From a virus (lineage: Duplodnaviria; Caudoviricetes): a DNA stretch of 64,000 bases. This document shows, one piece after another, positions 29,288-38,674 of the stretch. Made by a program: the position numbers and the translations under genes. The DNA lies in the IMG/VR virus record IMGVR_UViG_3300035661_000004. One strand, written 5' to 3'. The notes beneath the pieces are model-generated. The model had not been told where the DNA came from. It was given only the letters and a program-made list of their open reading frames with translations, and did no database searches. Position 1 is the first letter of the stretch; each line of letters begins with the position of its first letter.

Positions 29288-30102
29288 CCGTAGAAGAAAG
29301 AAATTGGGTTCAGGTCGAGCGGGTGAGGGAATGTCTCACCGCAGTCCTTGCATACCAGCTTAGCGGTGTAGTCGTAGCCCCAGCTGTCCGTTCGGCTGAT
29401 GCCAGCCATCAGCTCATTGAGGAGCTTCTTGGACACGCAGCGAAGCCACTCAACCAGCTTAGACCTGTCAGTGATCGGCGTTGACGTGGCGTCATTTTGG
29501 ACACTCTCGATCACATTTAGCAGGTCATCAATAGCTACTCGCTCGAGGTCATCATCTGACGGCTTATGACCGTCATTCTCAGCTCGATCCATCTCCATGC
29601 GCATGTGCATGATGCGCAGCGAGTCCTCATAGGTGTTCGGCTTGATGTTGACCACCTGCTCGTTTGACAGGGTAACCTTGTAGAGGGTGTCCTTGTGCTT
29701 AAGCACGCCATTGTTAGGCTGTGACAGCAGATGCTCGATGTTTAGCTCGTACGAGTGCTGCTTAGCGTTCTCGCAGTCATGCTGCGTGCTGAGCTGCATG
29801 ACTGGGCCGTAGGTAGCGACTCGTAGGAAGGTGAACAGCGCGTCCACGTCCTTGCTGATCAGCAAGCCAGGCTTCAGGATCTCGGGTGCGCATTCGGCGC
29901 AGATGTCCTTGATGATCTTGCCTGAGTAGAGCAAGTCAGCTGAGCGAACCTTCATCTCCATCAATGCTGACATGGGTGACACGTGCACTTCGCCGTTCTT
30001 AACGGACTCGGCGAGCACGCCAGGCCCGTAGAAGACGCCCATTGACGGCAGCGCGAAGACGCGACCTGGGAGCTTGACTTTGCTTAGGAGAGGATTTGTC
30101 AT
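29284..30102 (-). CDS. Baseplate hub subunit, gp26-like
   Basis: NPL...LPSMGVFY; DVDALFTFLRVATYG; two Cys pairs including C-terminal CKDCG. Confidence 0.7.
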   Translation of the reverse strand: MTNPLLSKVKLPGRVFALPSMGVFYGPGVLAESVKNGEVHVSPMSALMEMKVRSADLLYSGKIIKDICAECAPEILKPGLLISKDVDALFTFLRVATYGPVMQLSTQHDCENAKQHSYELNIEHLLSQPNNGVLKHKDTLYKVTLSNEQVVNIKPNTYEDSLRIMHMRMEMDRAENDGHKPSDDDLERVAIDDLLNVIESVQNDATSTPITDRSKLVEWLRCVSKKLLNELMAGISRTDSWGYDYTAKLVCKDCGETFPHPLDLNPISFFYG

Positions 30103-30515
30103 TTGCGTTTTTTTGAGGATGCTTTATTGATGCTGCCTGGCTGCGACTGCTGCCTGACAGTTTGAATCTTGGGAGGCTTCATGACCTTGTCTCGAGTCAT
30201 CGCTAGCGACTTGATAGGCATCTTGATCAGCTTCCAAATGGGGCACATGCGAGCGAGCTCGTAAGTCATGAGCGGTTCATCACCGTTGATCATGCGTGAC
30301 TCGTTGGCCTGCATCATCCACCGAAGGAAGACCTCCTTGAACGGGATCGGCTTGACAGGAAGGTTGTCAAGGTCGAGCACAAGCATCTGCATGTTGGTAG
30401 ACAGCGGCAGCAGCGGGATGGCGCGGTACCGCTCATAAGCGGCTTCGAGCAAGCCAGATGACTTCAGCATGATGCCTAGCGTCTTGAGGGTCTTAGCGTC
30501 TATCTCGGTGTTCAT
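30099..30515 (-). CDS. Hypothetical protein
   Basis: 138-aa ORF with late promoter upstream, coupled to the gp26-like gene. Confidence 0.65.
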   Translation of the reverse strand: MNTEIDAKTLKTLGIMLKSSGLLEAAYERYRAIPLLPLSTNMQMLVLDLDNLPVKPIPFKEVFLRWMMQANESRMINGDEPLMTYELARMCPIWKLIKMPIKSLAMTRDKVMKPPKIQTVRQQSQPGSINKASSKKRK

Positions 30516-30516
30516 A

Positions 30517-30538
30517 ATAAATAGTCAAAGCTATTTAT
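30517..30538. promoter_or_regulatory. Face-to-face late promoters forming a perfect 8-bp inverted repeat
   Basis: ATAAATAG-tcaaag-CTATTTAT between divergent structural genes. Confidence 0.7.
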
Positions 30539-30558
30539 CACCTCCTGGAGTCCACTCA

Positions 30559-33500
30559 GTGGCCGACAACAAAGACAGCGCGCTAAAAGATGTAGAAAAC
30601 CTGACGCGAGGCCTTAGGGCGGCCGCGACGGAGGCTACGCGTCTGGCACGCGCTACAGCCAGGCTTGAGAAGAACATGGACGAGGCGAGCAATGTCGTCT
30701 TGGACAAGACAGCGAGCGCTCTGACGGCCCTAGCTAAGCAGTCAGGCCTGTTAGAAGACTCGATCAAGGAGCAGATCAAGGCTCACAAGCATTCGCCTCG
30801 CGAGCTAGCCAAAGTCATTGACCGGCTTGAGCAAAAGGGTGACTCGCTTGTCAAGGCTCAAGAGGCTTACAAGAAGAGCCTGAATGAGATCAAGCACAAG
30901 CATAAGCAAGCTATCAAGGCCGCCAACGGCAATACTGCTGCTGAAGCTAAGTCTCGCAGCGCAACGGTCAAGGCCGCATCAAGGGCCCACAGCGTCTTCA
31001 GGAATCAGCTCAACGATCTAGGTATCTCAGCCGGAGTTGCGTCAAAGAATATTGATGCGTTGGTCGCTGAGGCTAAGGCCAACAAGGCTGCCATCATCCG
31101 CGCGTCCCAAGACCTCGCAAAGCCGTCGGCTCGCATCGGCAAGGCTCTCGAGGGTATGCACTCAAAGGTGCAGGACAGCATCGGCGGCTTTGGCAAGTTC
31201 AGCATCGCGCTCGACCTGGCCAAGAAGGCTGTGGGTGAGCTTTGGGGTCAAAGCATCCGTCTAGCTAACAAGGGCCTTGTCGGTTCAATGGCTCAGATGA
31301 ACATTTCAGCTCTTAAGCTACGGATGACGGCTGAAGAGTTTGAAGGGTTGGTTAGCGCAAACCGTGACATGATCGCTGTCATGGGCGGCGGCGCTGAAGG
31401 CATTGCTAAGTTTGAGTCGGTCTTGTCGGCGTCATCCGTTGGGCTCGAGTACTTGGGCAAGGAGGGCAAGAAGGCTGCGGCTGTGATCCTCTCAGGCTTC
31501 TCAAAAGCCGGCTTTGGCATGATGAGCGCCAACAAAGATGTTTCGGACGCCTATACCTCAAACATCAAGGCTTTGAACAAGCAGTTCAAGCTGTTCAACG
31601 GCGCGTTCGGCGATACAGCTGAAGAGTTCGCTAACCTCTATGAGCAACAGCTGAAGAGCGAAGGCTTGCAAGCACGGCTGATCAGCGGCGACACGAAGAC
31701 GATCGGTTTGCAAATGCAAGAGATCATGACTCGGACCCAAACGCTGAAGTTGATGGGTCTGAACAATGACCAGATCGTAGAGATGACCAAGCGGGTCGAC
31801 GCAACATTTAATCCTCAGCAGAACAGGCAGGCTGATGCACAGATGGAGCGCGCTGCGGCTCGACAAGCAATTGCATCGGGCGCGCAGGCCGTTCAAGGCA
31901 CCGACCCTGACATCTCTAAAAAGTTGATGGACTTTGTGTCATCAGGTGAGATGGAGCGGCTCCAAAAAATGAGCACGCAAGATCAAAGCACTTACATGGT
32001 TAACAACGTCGAGCTGTTTAAGTCGATGGCCAAGATGCGAGACATCATTACTGCCCAGCGTGACGCGGATGGTACAGACGCGAGCTTTAAGGGCAATGTA
32101 TTCGTTGACCGAGCAGCCGCAGCGGGTAAAGAGCTCGAAAAGTACATGGGCTTAGGTAAGGATGCAAATAGCGCTCAAGCTCGAGGCTTCGACCAGTCAA
32201 AGGCTGGCCAAGACAAACTCGCGGCTGCGTCATATAGCAATACGCTGTCAGGCGCCAACGGCGAGACGACCGAGCTAGGTAAGGCATTTGGCCGGCTGCG
32301 AGACGCTGTTGACGGTGTAACAGCCGTGATGGGCAACCCGTTCACGTCAGCTGTCTCAGCGTTTGGCGCTGCGATGCTTGCTACCAGCTCAACCGTGCGC
32401 GGCGCTGTGCAGAACGTAGCAGGTAAGATGTTAAAGTCGGCAACGTCCTTCTCTACAGGTGTAGGAGGCTTGCTTAAGAACGTCCTAGGCGGCGTGATGC
32501 GCTGGGTCATGGCCTTCGGCCTTGACAAGGTCTTAGGTTTGGCTGGTGTCGGTGATAACAAGATTGATGAAACCCAGGATGACGCCAACTGGAACCAGAT
32601 GACTGCGTGGGAGAAGATGCAGTCAGGTACGGGTCGTGGCATTGAGAAGGTTGGCTCGTTCTTCGGGCTTGAGAACATCACCAACTCTGCTCAAGCAGGC
32701 CGTATCGACAAGGAGAGCGCTTGGCTAAAGAGCCAAGGCCGAGGCGCCACGCCGACATCAGTGCCGCAAGTCTCTGCACCGCCAGCCGCAGCCACACCGA
32801 CTCAAAGCAGTGCGACAAATAAGACAAACGAAGCTCTGATGCTGAAGGCGCTCGCCGACAAGGGCATCACCGATCCTCGTCAGCAAGCGATGTTGATGGG
32901 TCAGCTCTCGCACGAGTCGGGCGGCTTCAGCAAGCTGTTTGAAGGCGGCGCTGCCTCCTACTTTAGCAAGTATGAAGGGCGCACGGACCTGGGTAACACA
33001 ACGTCAGGTGACGGCTACAAGTTTCGCGGTCGTGGGTTCATACAGCTGACGGGTAAGTCGAACTATGAGCAGGCCTCAAAAGCGCTCGGAATTGACCTCG
33101 TGGGCAACCCAGACATGGCGTCTGATCCACAGATCGCCGCACAGATCGCCGCATGGTATGTGACGAAGGACCGCGAGGGTGGTTCATCAGCCGACCTCGC
33201 CGCCAATGGTGACTTCAACGGGTTGACTAAGTCGATCAACGGTGGCTTCAACGGCGTAGAGGATCGTTCAAACCGGACGATGCAGTACTTAGCCCAAGTA
33301 CAAGCAGGCAACATGCCGTTGGTCACGCCAGGTCAGGCTACCGTCACTACGCCTGTACCGGCTTCCGCGCCTGTAAGCGGCACGTCGTCGGCTCCAGTCA
33401 TGACCGGCTCGCGCCAGGTTTCAAGCAACAACCCGACGCTAGATGAGCTGCAAAAGCATACCTCCCTGCTTAGCTCGCTGGTCAACCTCCTCGGTAAGTC

Positions 33501-33561
33501 ACCTGGCTCACGCCGTGGCTACCAGATGGACCCACAAGCCGGAGCAAATGTAGCGCCTTAA
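30559..33561 (+). CDS. Tape-measure-like protein with C-terminal GH19 (chitinase/lysozyme-fold) peptidoglycan hydrolase domain
   Basis: GTG at 30559 with GGAG RBS; long Ala-rich helical region; MGQLSHESGGF...YKFRGRGFIQLTGKSNY GH19 motif. Confidence 0.75.
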   Translation: MADNKDSALKDVENLTRGLRAAATEATRLARATARLEKNMDEASNVVLDKTASALTALAKQSGLLEDSIKEQIKAHKHSPRELAKVIDRLEQKGDSLVKAQEAYKKSLNEIKHKHKQAIKAANGNTAAEAKSRSATVKAASRAHSVFRNQLNDLGISAGVASKNIDALVAEAKANKAAIIRASQDLAKPSARIGKALEGMHSKVQDSIGGFGKFSIALDLAKKAVGELWGQSIRLANKGLVGSMAQMNISALKLRMTAEEFEGLVSANRDMIAVMGGGAEGIAKFESVLSASSVGLEYLGKEGKKAAAVILSGFSKAGFGMMSANKDVSDAYTSNIKALNKQFKLFNGAFGDTAEEFANLYEQQLKSEGLQARLISGDTKTIGLQMQEIMTRTQTLKLMGLNNDQIVEMTKRVDATFNPQQNRQADAQMERAAARQAIASGAQAVQGTDPDISKKLMDFVSSGEMERLQKMSTQDQSTYMVNNVELFKSMAKMRDIITAQRDADGTDASFKGNVFVDRAAAAGKELEKYMGLGKDANSAQARGFDQSKAGQDKLAAASYSNTLSGANGETTELGKAFGRLRDAVDGVTAVMGNPFTSAVSAFGAAMLATSSTVRGAVQNVAGKMLKSATSFSTGVGGLLKNVLGGVMRWVMAFGLDKVLGLAGVGDNKIDETQDDANWNQMTAWEKMQSGTGRGIEKVGSFFGLENITNSAQAGRIDKESAWLKSQGRGATPTSVPQVSAPPAAATPTQSSATNKTNEALMLKALADKGITDPRQQAMLMGQLSHESGGFSKLFEGGAASYFSKYEGRTDLGNTTSGDGYKFRGRGFIQLTGKSNYEQASKALGIDLVGNPDMASDPQIAAQIAAWYVTKDREGGSSADLAANGDFNGLTKSINGGFNGVEDRSNRTMQYLAQVQAGNMPLVTPGQATVTTPVPASAPVSGTSSAPVMTGSRQVSSNNPTLDELQKHTSLLSSLVNLLGKSPGSRRGYQMDPQAGANVAP

Positions 33562-33569
33562 GCGGCGCC

Positions 33570-33575
33570 TAAATA
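33570..33575 (+). promoter_or_regulatory. Late promoter TAAATA upstream of HNH/portal
   Basis: A second TAAATA lies at 33593-33598. Confidence 0.6.
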
Positions 33576-33591
33576 GCTCCATTGATCGTGG

Positions 33592-34197
33592 ATAAATAAG
33601 TATAGCCGTTGCTACAATGCTATCATCGATTCAGCTCGACATCGCATTTTAGATGGCTATGCTGAACGTCATCATGTGCTTCCCAAATCATTGGGCGGGA
33701 CTGATGACCAGAGTAATGTGGTTAGCTTAACAACACGTGAGCATTTTATCTGTCACGCCTTGCTTGTGAAGATGACCGAAGGGAAGGATAAGTACAAGAT
33801 GGTACTTGCCTTAGCCAAAATGAAATGCTTTAGCCCTGATCATGAGCGATATGTGAATGCACGGTTATTTGAGTTTGCTCGACAGCAGCATAGCATAATG
33901 CAACGAGATCCGGTGCTTGATGTTGAGCGTCGAAAGAACATTTCTGCTGGTTGGGCAGCAAGGACTAAGAAAAAGATTCTCTCGGCTGAGCATAAGCGTA
34001 AGATCGCTGAAGCTGGTCAAGGTCGGTTACATACCGATGAGTATAAGGCGCATATGTCTCATAGCAAATCCCAATACTGGGCCGATAAGAAGGCCTCAGG
34101 TGAGTTTTACTCAACACGTGTATGCCCTTGCGGTATAAGCGGTCGAGGCCCTAACATGTCTCGTTATCACTTTGCAAATTGCAAGGGAGCAAAATAA
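33592..34197 (+). mobile_element. Free-standing HNH homing endonuclease with NUMOD3-like repeats; atypical start
   Basis: NKYSRCYNAII...YAERHHVLPKSLGGTDDQSN...REHFICH; the conserved N-terminus begins at ATA 33592, upstream of the track's GTG 33676. Confidence 0.75.
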
Positions 34198-35873
34198 TGG
34201 CTGGTCAATTTGTAGACTTCTGGAGGATTGTCAAGCCCTCCGCACCGAAGACCAGCTACGTTGGTGACCCTGACGACTTCAAGCTCTACAGCAACTTCAG
34301 CTGGTATAGCAAGGTCATGAAGGGTGCGGGTAGCCGCTTCCAAAAGTACTCGCAGTACAAGAACATGGACGGCGACGTGTTCGTCTCTCGCGCGCTTGAT
34401 CAGATTGCGGCTGAGATGACGAGCGAGGACACAAAGACCAACCTCCCTTTCAAGATTACGTATCAGTCTGAGGCCAATGAGGAGGTGCCTGAGAACATCG
34501 TTGTGACCGTGCGCGCTGCCCTGCGGCACTGGTGTGACATGCAGAACCTGTATAAGCTAAGCTTTGACATCGCTCGCATGACGGTCAAGTTCGGCGACTG
34601 CTTCTTCCGCAAAACCTCTGACTTCAAACTGTGGGAGTATGTTGACCCGTCCGACGTGATCGGCATCCACTTGGACAAGGAAACGGGCAAGCCCCAGTTT
34701 TACCAAGTGCGTAAGGGCGACAGCTCTGACAAGAACTCCTTCGGTGACGCTGAGATCGTGCCTGCTGCAGGCATGGTCCACTTCTCGCTGTCTTCGGGCA
34801 TCGGCGACAATGGACCGTTCGGCGAGTCCGTCCTCTTTCCGGTCATCAAGGCGTTCCGCCACTTGAGCTTGCTGCAAGACTCGGTCATCATCTACCGAAT
34901 CGTGCGAGCCCCTGAACGTCGCGTCTTCTCGATTGACGTGGGCAACATGCCGCCCCAGCGCGCTAAGGCCTACCTCGAAGCGATCAAAAACGAGATCAAG
35001 CAGAAGCGCATGCCTAACGAGTCGGGCGGTCAAGAGAAGATCGACAGCGTCTACAACCCGATGTCCATGGTCGAAGATTACTTCTTCATGCAAACGGCCG
35101 ACGGCCGAGGCTCAAAGGTTGACACGCTCTCCGGCGGTGAGAACCTCGGCGAGATCAAGGACCTGAACTACTTCCAGAACATCTTCCTGCAAGGCCTGCG
35201 GATCCCATCGAGCTACATGCGCGGTTCGGATGACAACGGCTCGCAGGTGCAGGACGGTAAGGTCGGCGTCGCCTACATGGAGGAGCGCAACTTCTTCAAG
35301 TACGTGCAGCGGCTGCAGCGCAACCTATGCCCGTCCTACGACCGCGAGTTCAAGGCTTACCTCAAGTCAGCAGGCATCCGTGTCGACTCGAACCTGTTCA
35401 AGATTGAGCTCACCGACCCGCAAAACTTCGACGTGTACAAGCAGGCCGAAGTCGATGAGAAGTTGATGTCCAACTTCAACAATATCAAGGACGTTGAGTT
35501 CATCGCCGGGCGCGTTAAGCTGTCGCGCTACCTGGGTTGGTCAGAAGACGAGATCCAAATGAACGAAGAGATTCTCAAGAAGGAGCTTGGCCTGCCTGCC
35601 GATGACATCGACGAGCGCCTGACCATCATCCGCATGATGTACGACAAGAACTGGATCGAGCATCGCCCTGAGCCGAAGGTTGACGAGTCGTGGGACAACC
35701 ACGTAGCGGCCTCGAAGCAGCAGGTAGCCCCAGAGGAACAAGAGCCGGCTGAAGACGAAGCCGCGCCGGAGGAGGAAGCTGAAGAAGGCGGCGAAGAGGA
35801 AGCTCCGGATGACGAAGCAGAAGCAGGCGCTGACCTGCCATCCGTCGATGACATGAAGAAGACCTTAGGATGA
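34197..35873 (+). CDS. gp20: Portal vertex protein
   Basis: SVIIYRIVRAPERRVFSIDVGNMP...EDYFF...GRGSKVDTLSGGENLGE motif; TAATG-coupled start. Confidence 0.95.
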   Translation: MAGQFVDFWRIVKPSAPKTSYVGDPDDFKLYSNFSWYSKVMKGAGSRFQKYSQYKNMDGDVFVSRALDQIAAEMTSEDTKTNLPFKITYQSEANEEVPENIVVTVRAALRHWCDMQNLYKLSFDIARMTVKFGDCFFRKTSDFKLWEYVDPSDVIGIHLDKETGKPQFYQVRKGDSSDKNSFGDAEIVPAAGMVHFSLSSGIGDNGPFGESVLFPVIKAFRHLSLLQDSVIIYRIVRAPERRVFSIDVGNMPPQRAKAYLEAIKNEIKQKRMPNESGGQEKIDSVYNPMSMVEDYFFMQTADGRGSKVDTLSGGENLGEIKDLNYFQNIFLQGLRIPSSYMRGSDDNGSQVQDGKVGVAYMEERNFFKYVQRLQRNLCPSYDREFKAYLKSAGIRVDSNLFKIELTDPQNFDVYKQAEVDEKLMSNFNNIKDVEFIAGRVKLSRYLGWSEDEIQMNEEILKKELGLPADDIDERLTIIRMMYDKNWIEHRPEPKVDESWDNHVAASKQQVAPEEQEPAEDEAAPEEEAEEGGEEEAPDDEAEAGADLPSVDDMKKTLG

Positions 35874-36442
35874 AGCTATCTAACCTGCTCGAAGGAGCTG
35901 TCCCCCGGCAACAGCTCTTGAAGTTCCAGCAAGAGTTGGTTGATCAGCTTGATGATGACTTCAACGTGCAGGTTAGCAGCGACAAGATCCTAATTCGACA
36001 CCCTTCCCTGAAGCAGCCGATGAAGCTCGACATGAAGGACCCGGAGCATGTCAGATTTTACGCTCAGAAATGCAGCATTAACCATCCGCTGTTCATTCAC
36101 GGTGTAGTCGAGATCATCAATGAGCGAATGGCTATTCCTAAGATGAAGGCGTGGCTGCTCGCGCATGGCTTTAAGCAGCTCACAAATGATGAGAAAGCTG
36201 AGCTGTGCGCAAGGCATAACGTGACACTGTATTCAGCTGGCTCGAAGATGGAGAACTTCCATCATGAAGCACACGGCAGCGAGCCTCCGATCATCGTGAT
36301 GCTTGGTTATGACAGCTATAAGAACGTGCATATGAATTACATGCTGTTGCCATTTGATAAGATGCCTCAAAATAAGTTTCTCCAAGGCCATGACTTTGAG
36401 GGCTATGATGACATGGTCAAGAAGCTCGAGAAGATAGTATGA
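35870..36442 (+). CDS. QQ-motif family protein with MKLSNLLE leader
   Basis: RQQLLKFQQELVDQLD; lies between portal and protease. Confidence 0.8.
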   Translation: MKLSNLLEGAVPRQQLLKFQQELVDQLDDDFNVQVSSDKILIRHPSLKQPMKLDMKDPEHVRFYAQKCSINHPLFIHGVVEIINERMAIPKMKAWLLAHGFKQLTNDEKAELCARHNVTLYSAGSKMENFHHEAHGSEPPIIVMLGYDSYKNVHMNYMLLPFDKMPQNKFLQGHDFEGYDDMVKKLEKIV

Positions 36443-36945
36443 AGCTGACTAACCTGCTTGAGCAAACCGTTACCTCGAAGGATATGCTCACTGTTCAACA
36501 AGCTGTTGTGGATGACTTGCATGATGACAGCTGGGAGATTAGCTTGTCAAAGGGTGCATTGACAATGAAAAAGGGCGACGTCAAAGTAACATTCAACTTT
36601 GAGAGCCGTACTATCACCTCAGCTCAGCCTAAGCTCGTCTACGAGGTTGACTTTGCTGACCATCCCGAAGCGGCCTTGCTATCAGTGGCTGCCCTACTTG
36701 ACCTGAAGCATGAGTTGGTTAAAAGCTTAAAAGGCTACAAATACAGCTTCATCATCAATGACGGCGACGGGACGATTTTGCTAATCGCTGAGAAGCGCAT
36801 CCACCCATCGACATTTGAAGTACGCTTTGAGTTTGAGTATGACGGTGAGTGGATAGCTAATCATGCTGATAAGTCAGGTGACCGAACAGCTAGTTTTACC
36901 TCACTTGAAGACACCATGGTGTGGGTCGAAGAGTGGGAAGGATGA
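36439..36945 (+). CDS. QQ-motif family protein with MKLTNLLE leader
   Basis: KDMLTVQQAVVDDLHD; ATGA-coupled. Confidence 0.8.
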   Translation: MKLTNLLEQTVTSKDMLTVQQAVVDDLHDDSWEISLSKGALTMKKGDVKVTFNFESRTITSAQPKLVYEVDFADHPEAALLSVAALLDLKHELVKSLKGYKYSFIINDGDGTILLIAEKRIHPSTFEVRFEFEYDGEWIANHADKSGDRTASFTSLEDTMVWVEEWEG

Positions 36946-36984
36946 AGCTCTTCACGGATTAGCCTTCACTAGCATTTTGCTCGG

Positions 36985-36990
36985 TAAATA
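36985..36990 (+). promoter_or_regulatory. Late promoter TAAATA for gp21
   Basis: Intergenic, upstream of gp21. Confidence 0.7.
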
Positions 36991-37016
36991 GCACAGTTAC
37001 TCCCCAAGGGATCCCA

Positions 37017-37652
37017 ATGTCTGACAAGCTCGTTCTCATCGAAAGCATCCACCCGTCGAACGCACGGCTGATTGTCGAGGAGCATGACTCTACGAAGTCC
37101 TCCTACCTCAGCGGCATCTTCATGCAAGCTGACCTCGTCAACGGCAACGGTCGTGTGTACCCGCTGGAGGAGATCGCCGCTTCGGTGAACTCGATCAACC
37201 AGCGTATCGCTGAAGGCCAGACGGTCTACGGCGAGCTGAACCACCCCGACAACCTGACGATCGACCTCAACAACGTGTCGCACATCATCACCGAGATGAA
37301 GATGGACGGCGCAAACGCGATCGGCAAGGCACGCATCATCGAAGGTCACCCGAAGGGTCAGATCGTTAAGGCTATCTTGAACGCTGGCGGCAAGCTGGGC
37401 GTCTCCTCGCGCGGCTCGGGTAACGTGGTCGAAGGCCGCGTGTCAGGCTTCTCGCTAGTAACCGTTGACGTAGTTGCAACTCCGTCCGCACCGAATGCAT
37501 TCCCTGGCCATGTCATGGAAGCGCTGACAGAAAATAAGAAGATCATGACCCTCGCTGAAGCGATGGTCCACAGCAATGACGCCCAGAAGTACTTCGCGAA
37601 GGAGCTCGCCTTCTTCTTCGAAAAGCTCACTGGCCAACAGCTCAGGAAGTAA
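37017..37652 (+). CDS. gp21: Prohead core protease
   Basis: GIFMQAD..NGNGRVYP, GELNHP, GVSSRGSG, VDVVATPSAP. Confidence 0.95.
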   Translation: MSDKLVLIESIHPSNARLIVEEHDSTKSSYLSGIFMQADLVNGNGRVYPLEEIAASVNSINQRIAEGQTVYGELNHPDNLTIDLNNVSHIITEMKMDGANAIGKARIIEGHPKGQIVKAILNAGGKLGVSSRGSGNVVEGRVSGFSLVTVDVVATPSAPNAFPGHVMEALTENKKIMTLAEAMVHSNDAQKYFAKELAFFFEKLTGQQLRK

Positions 37653-37654
37653 TC

Positions 37655-38161
37655 ATGGAACTCGAACTTTTGAAGTCCCTCGTCATCCTCACGGAGTCGA
37701 AGGCTAAACCTAAGGTAAAGAAGGAGCCTGAAATTGCTGCAGATGATGCAGCTGTAGCTCCTCCTGAAGGTGATACAAGCCTCGCGCCGAATAAGACAGC
37801 GTTCTTCTTCCGTCCGAAGTTTGACATCTACACAAACCTCGAACAAACCGAGAATCAAGACCTTCGTCGCGAGACGAAGCGCGTCTACGCAATCTTCGGT
37901 CGTGAGCATGAACGTGCTGCCGTCTACGGCGTCACCTCAGGCTCTGAGCGCGAGTTCAAGCGTGCCGCACGTGCCCTGGGCATCTCAACGGACGGCGAAG
38001 TTACCCTGGAGCGTGTCAAGCGTGCAGGCTTCACCCTCACTGGCCGTATCGGCATCAAGCGCTTGATGAAGCGCGGCGACTTCGTTGTGTCCCTTGTGGG
38101 CCCGAATGATGACGCAGCGCCGATCACTTTCTACACGGCAAAGCCGATTGAGGAGCAATAA
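37655..38161 (+). CDS. Hypothetical head-cluster protein
   Basis: 168-aa ORF between gp21 and gp22. Confidence 0.7.
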   Translation: MELELLKSLVILTESKAKPKVKKEPEIAADDAAVAPPEGDTSLAPNKTAFFFRPKFDIYTNLEQTENQDLRRETKRVYAIFGREHERAAVYGVTSGSEREFKRAARALGISTDGEVTLERVKRAGFTLTGRIGIKRLMKRGDFVVSLVGPNDDAAPITFYTAKPIEEQ

Positions 38162-38482
38162 ATGTTGGACGTAAAACGCACTGGATATGATAACCTCTGG
38201 CTCGTAGTTGGCCATGACTGGCAAGCGCGTATGCTCGCCCACGGTTTTGCCGGCGATGCATGGCAAGCTGAAGCAAAACGCCTGACGGACAACTTCGCCA
38301 AGCTGGACAAGAAGGACGTTGTTGAAGTTGCTAAGTGGGAGAACGAAGTCCTCCACGCTTGCGGCATGCATGGCAAGCCGCTGCCAGCCGTTAAGCAGCC
38401 TGAAAAAGTTGTCAAGGCTGTGGCAGTTGAAGAGGTTAAGGCTGAGCCTGTTAAGGCCGCTGAAGCTCCTAAAACTGAGTAA
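38162..38482 (+). CDS. Hypothetical head-cluster protein with Ala/Glu/Lys-rich tail
   Basis: 106-aa ORF immediately after the previous stop; terminator follows. Confidence 0.7.
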   Translation: MLDVKRTGYDNLWLVVGHDWQARMLAHGFAGDAWQAEAKRLTDNFAKLDKKDVVEVAKWENEVLHACGMHGKPLPAVKQPEKVVKAVAVEEVKAEPVKAAEAPKTE

Positions 38483-38544
38483 CACTGAAGCGGCTTAGCG
38501 ACAAAAGCTCGCTAAACCAGCCCTTCCAAGAGGGCGCAATCAAG

Positions 38545-38582
38545 GGCCGAAGCATCATAACGGCGATGCTTCGGCCTTTTTT
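38545..38582 (+). terminator. Rho-independent terminator
   Basis: GGCCGAAGCATC-8-GATGCTTCGGCC-TTTTTT. Confidence 0.9.
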
Positions 38583-38617
38583 ATCATCAAAAAGTAGCAT
38601 ATTTTTCAGAATGCTAG

Positions 38618-38623
38618 TAAATA
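38618..38623 (+). promoter_or_regulatory. Late promoter TAAATA for gp22-gp23
   Basis: Directly after a terminator, upstream of the scaffold gene. Confidence 0.7.
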
Positions 38624-38674
38624 TCCTCTGTCAAAGATTGATTTGACAGCAACTCTAAACCGGAGACAACACGA

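Noticed and set aside
30099-30560. Tail-assembly-chaperone programmed frameshift upstream of the tape-measure-like gene
   Set aside because: The upstream genes are on the opposite strand and no slippery heptamer with an extended frame was found.
19861-34197. Homing endonucleases as parts of group I introns
   Set aside because: Flanking genes are intact and uninterrupted; the nucleases are intergenic.
38490-38545. c-di-GMP-I riboswitch-like fragment (AAACCA...GCAA)
   Set aside because: Only superficial; the conserved GAAA tetraloop/receptor architecture is missing and it lies 3' of a gene.
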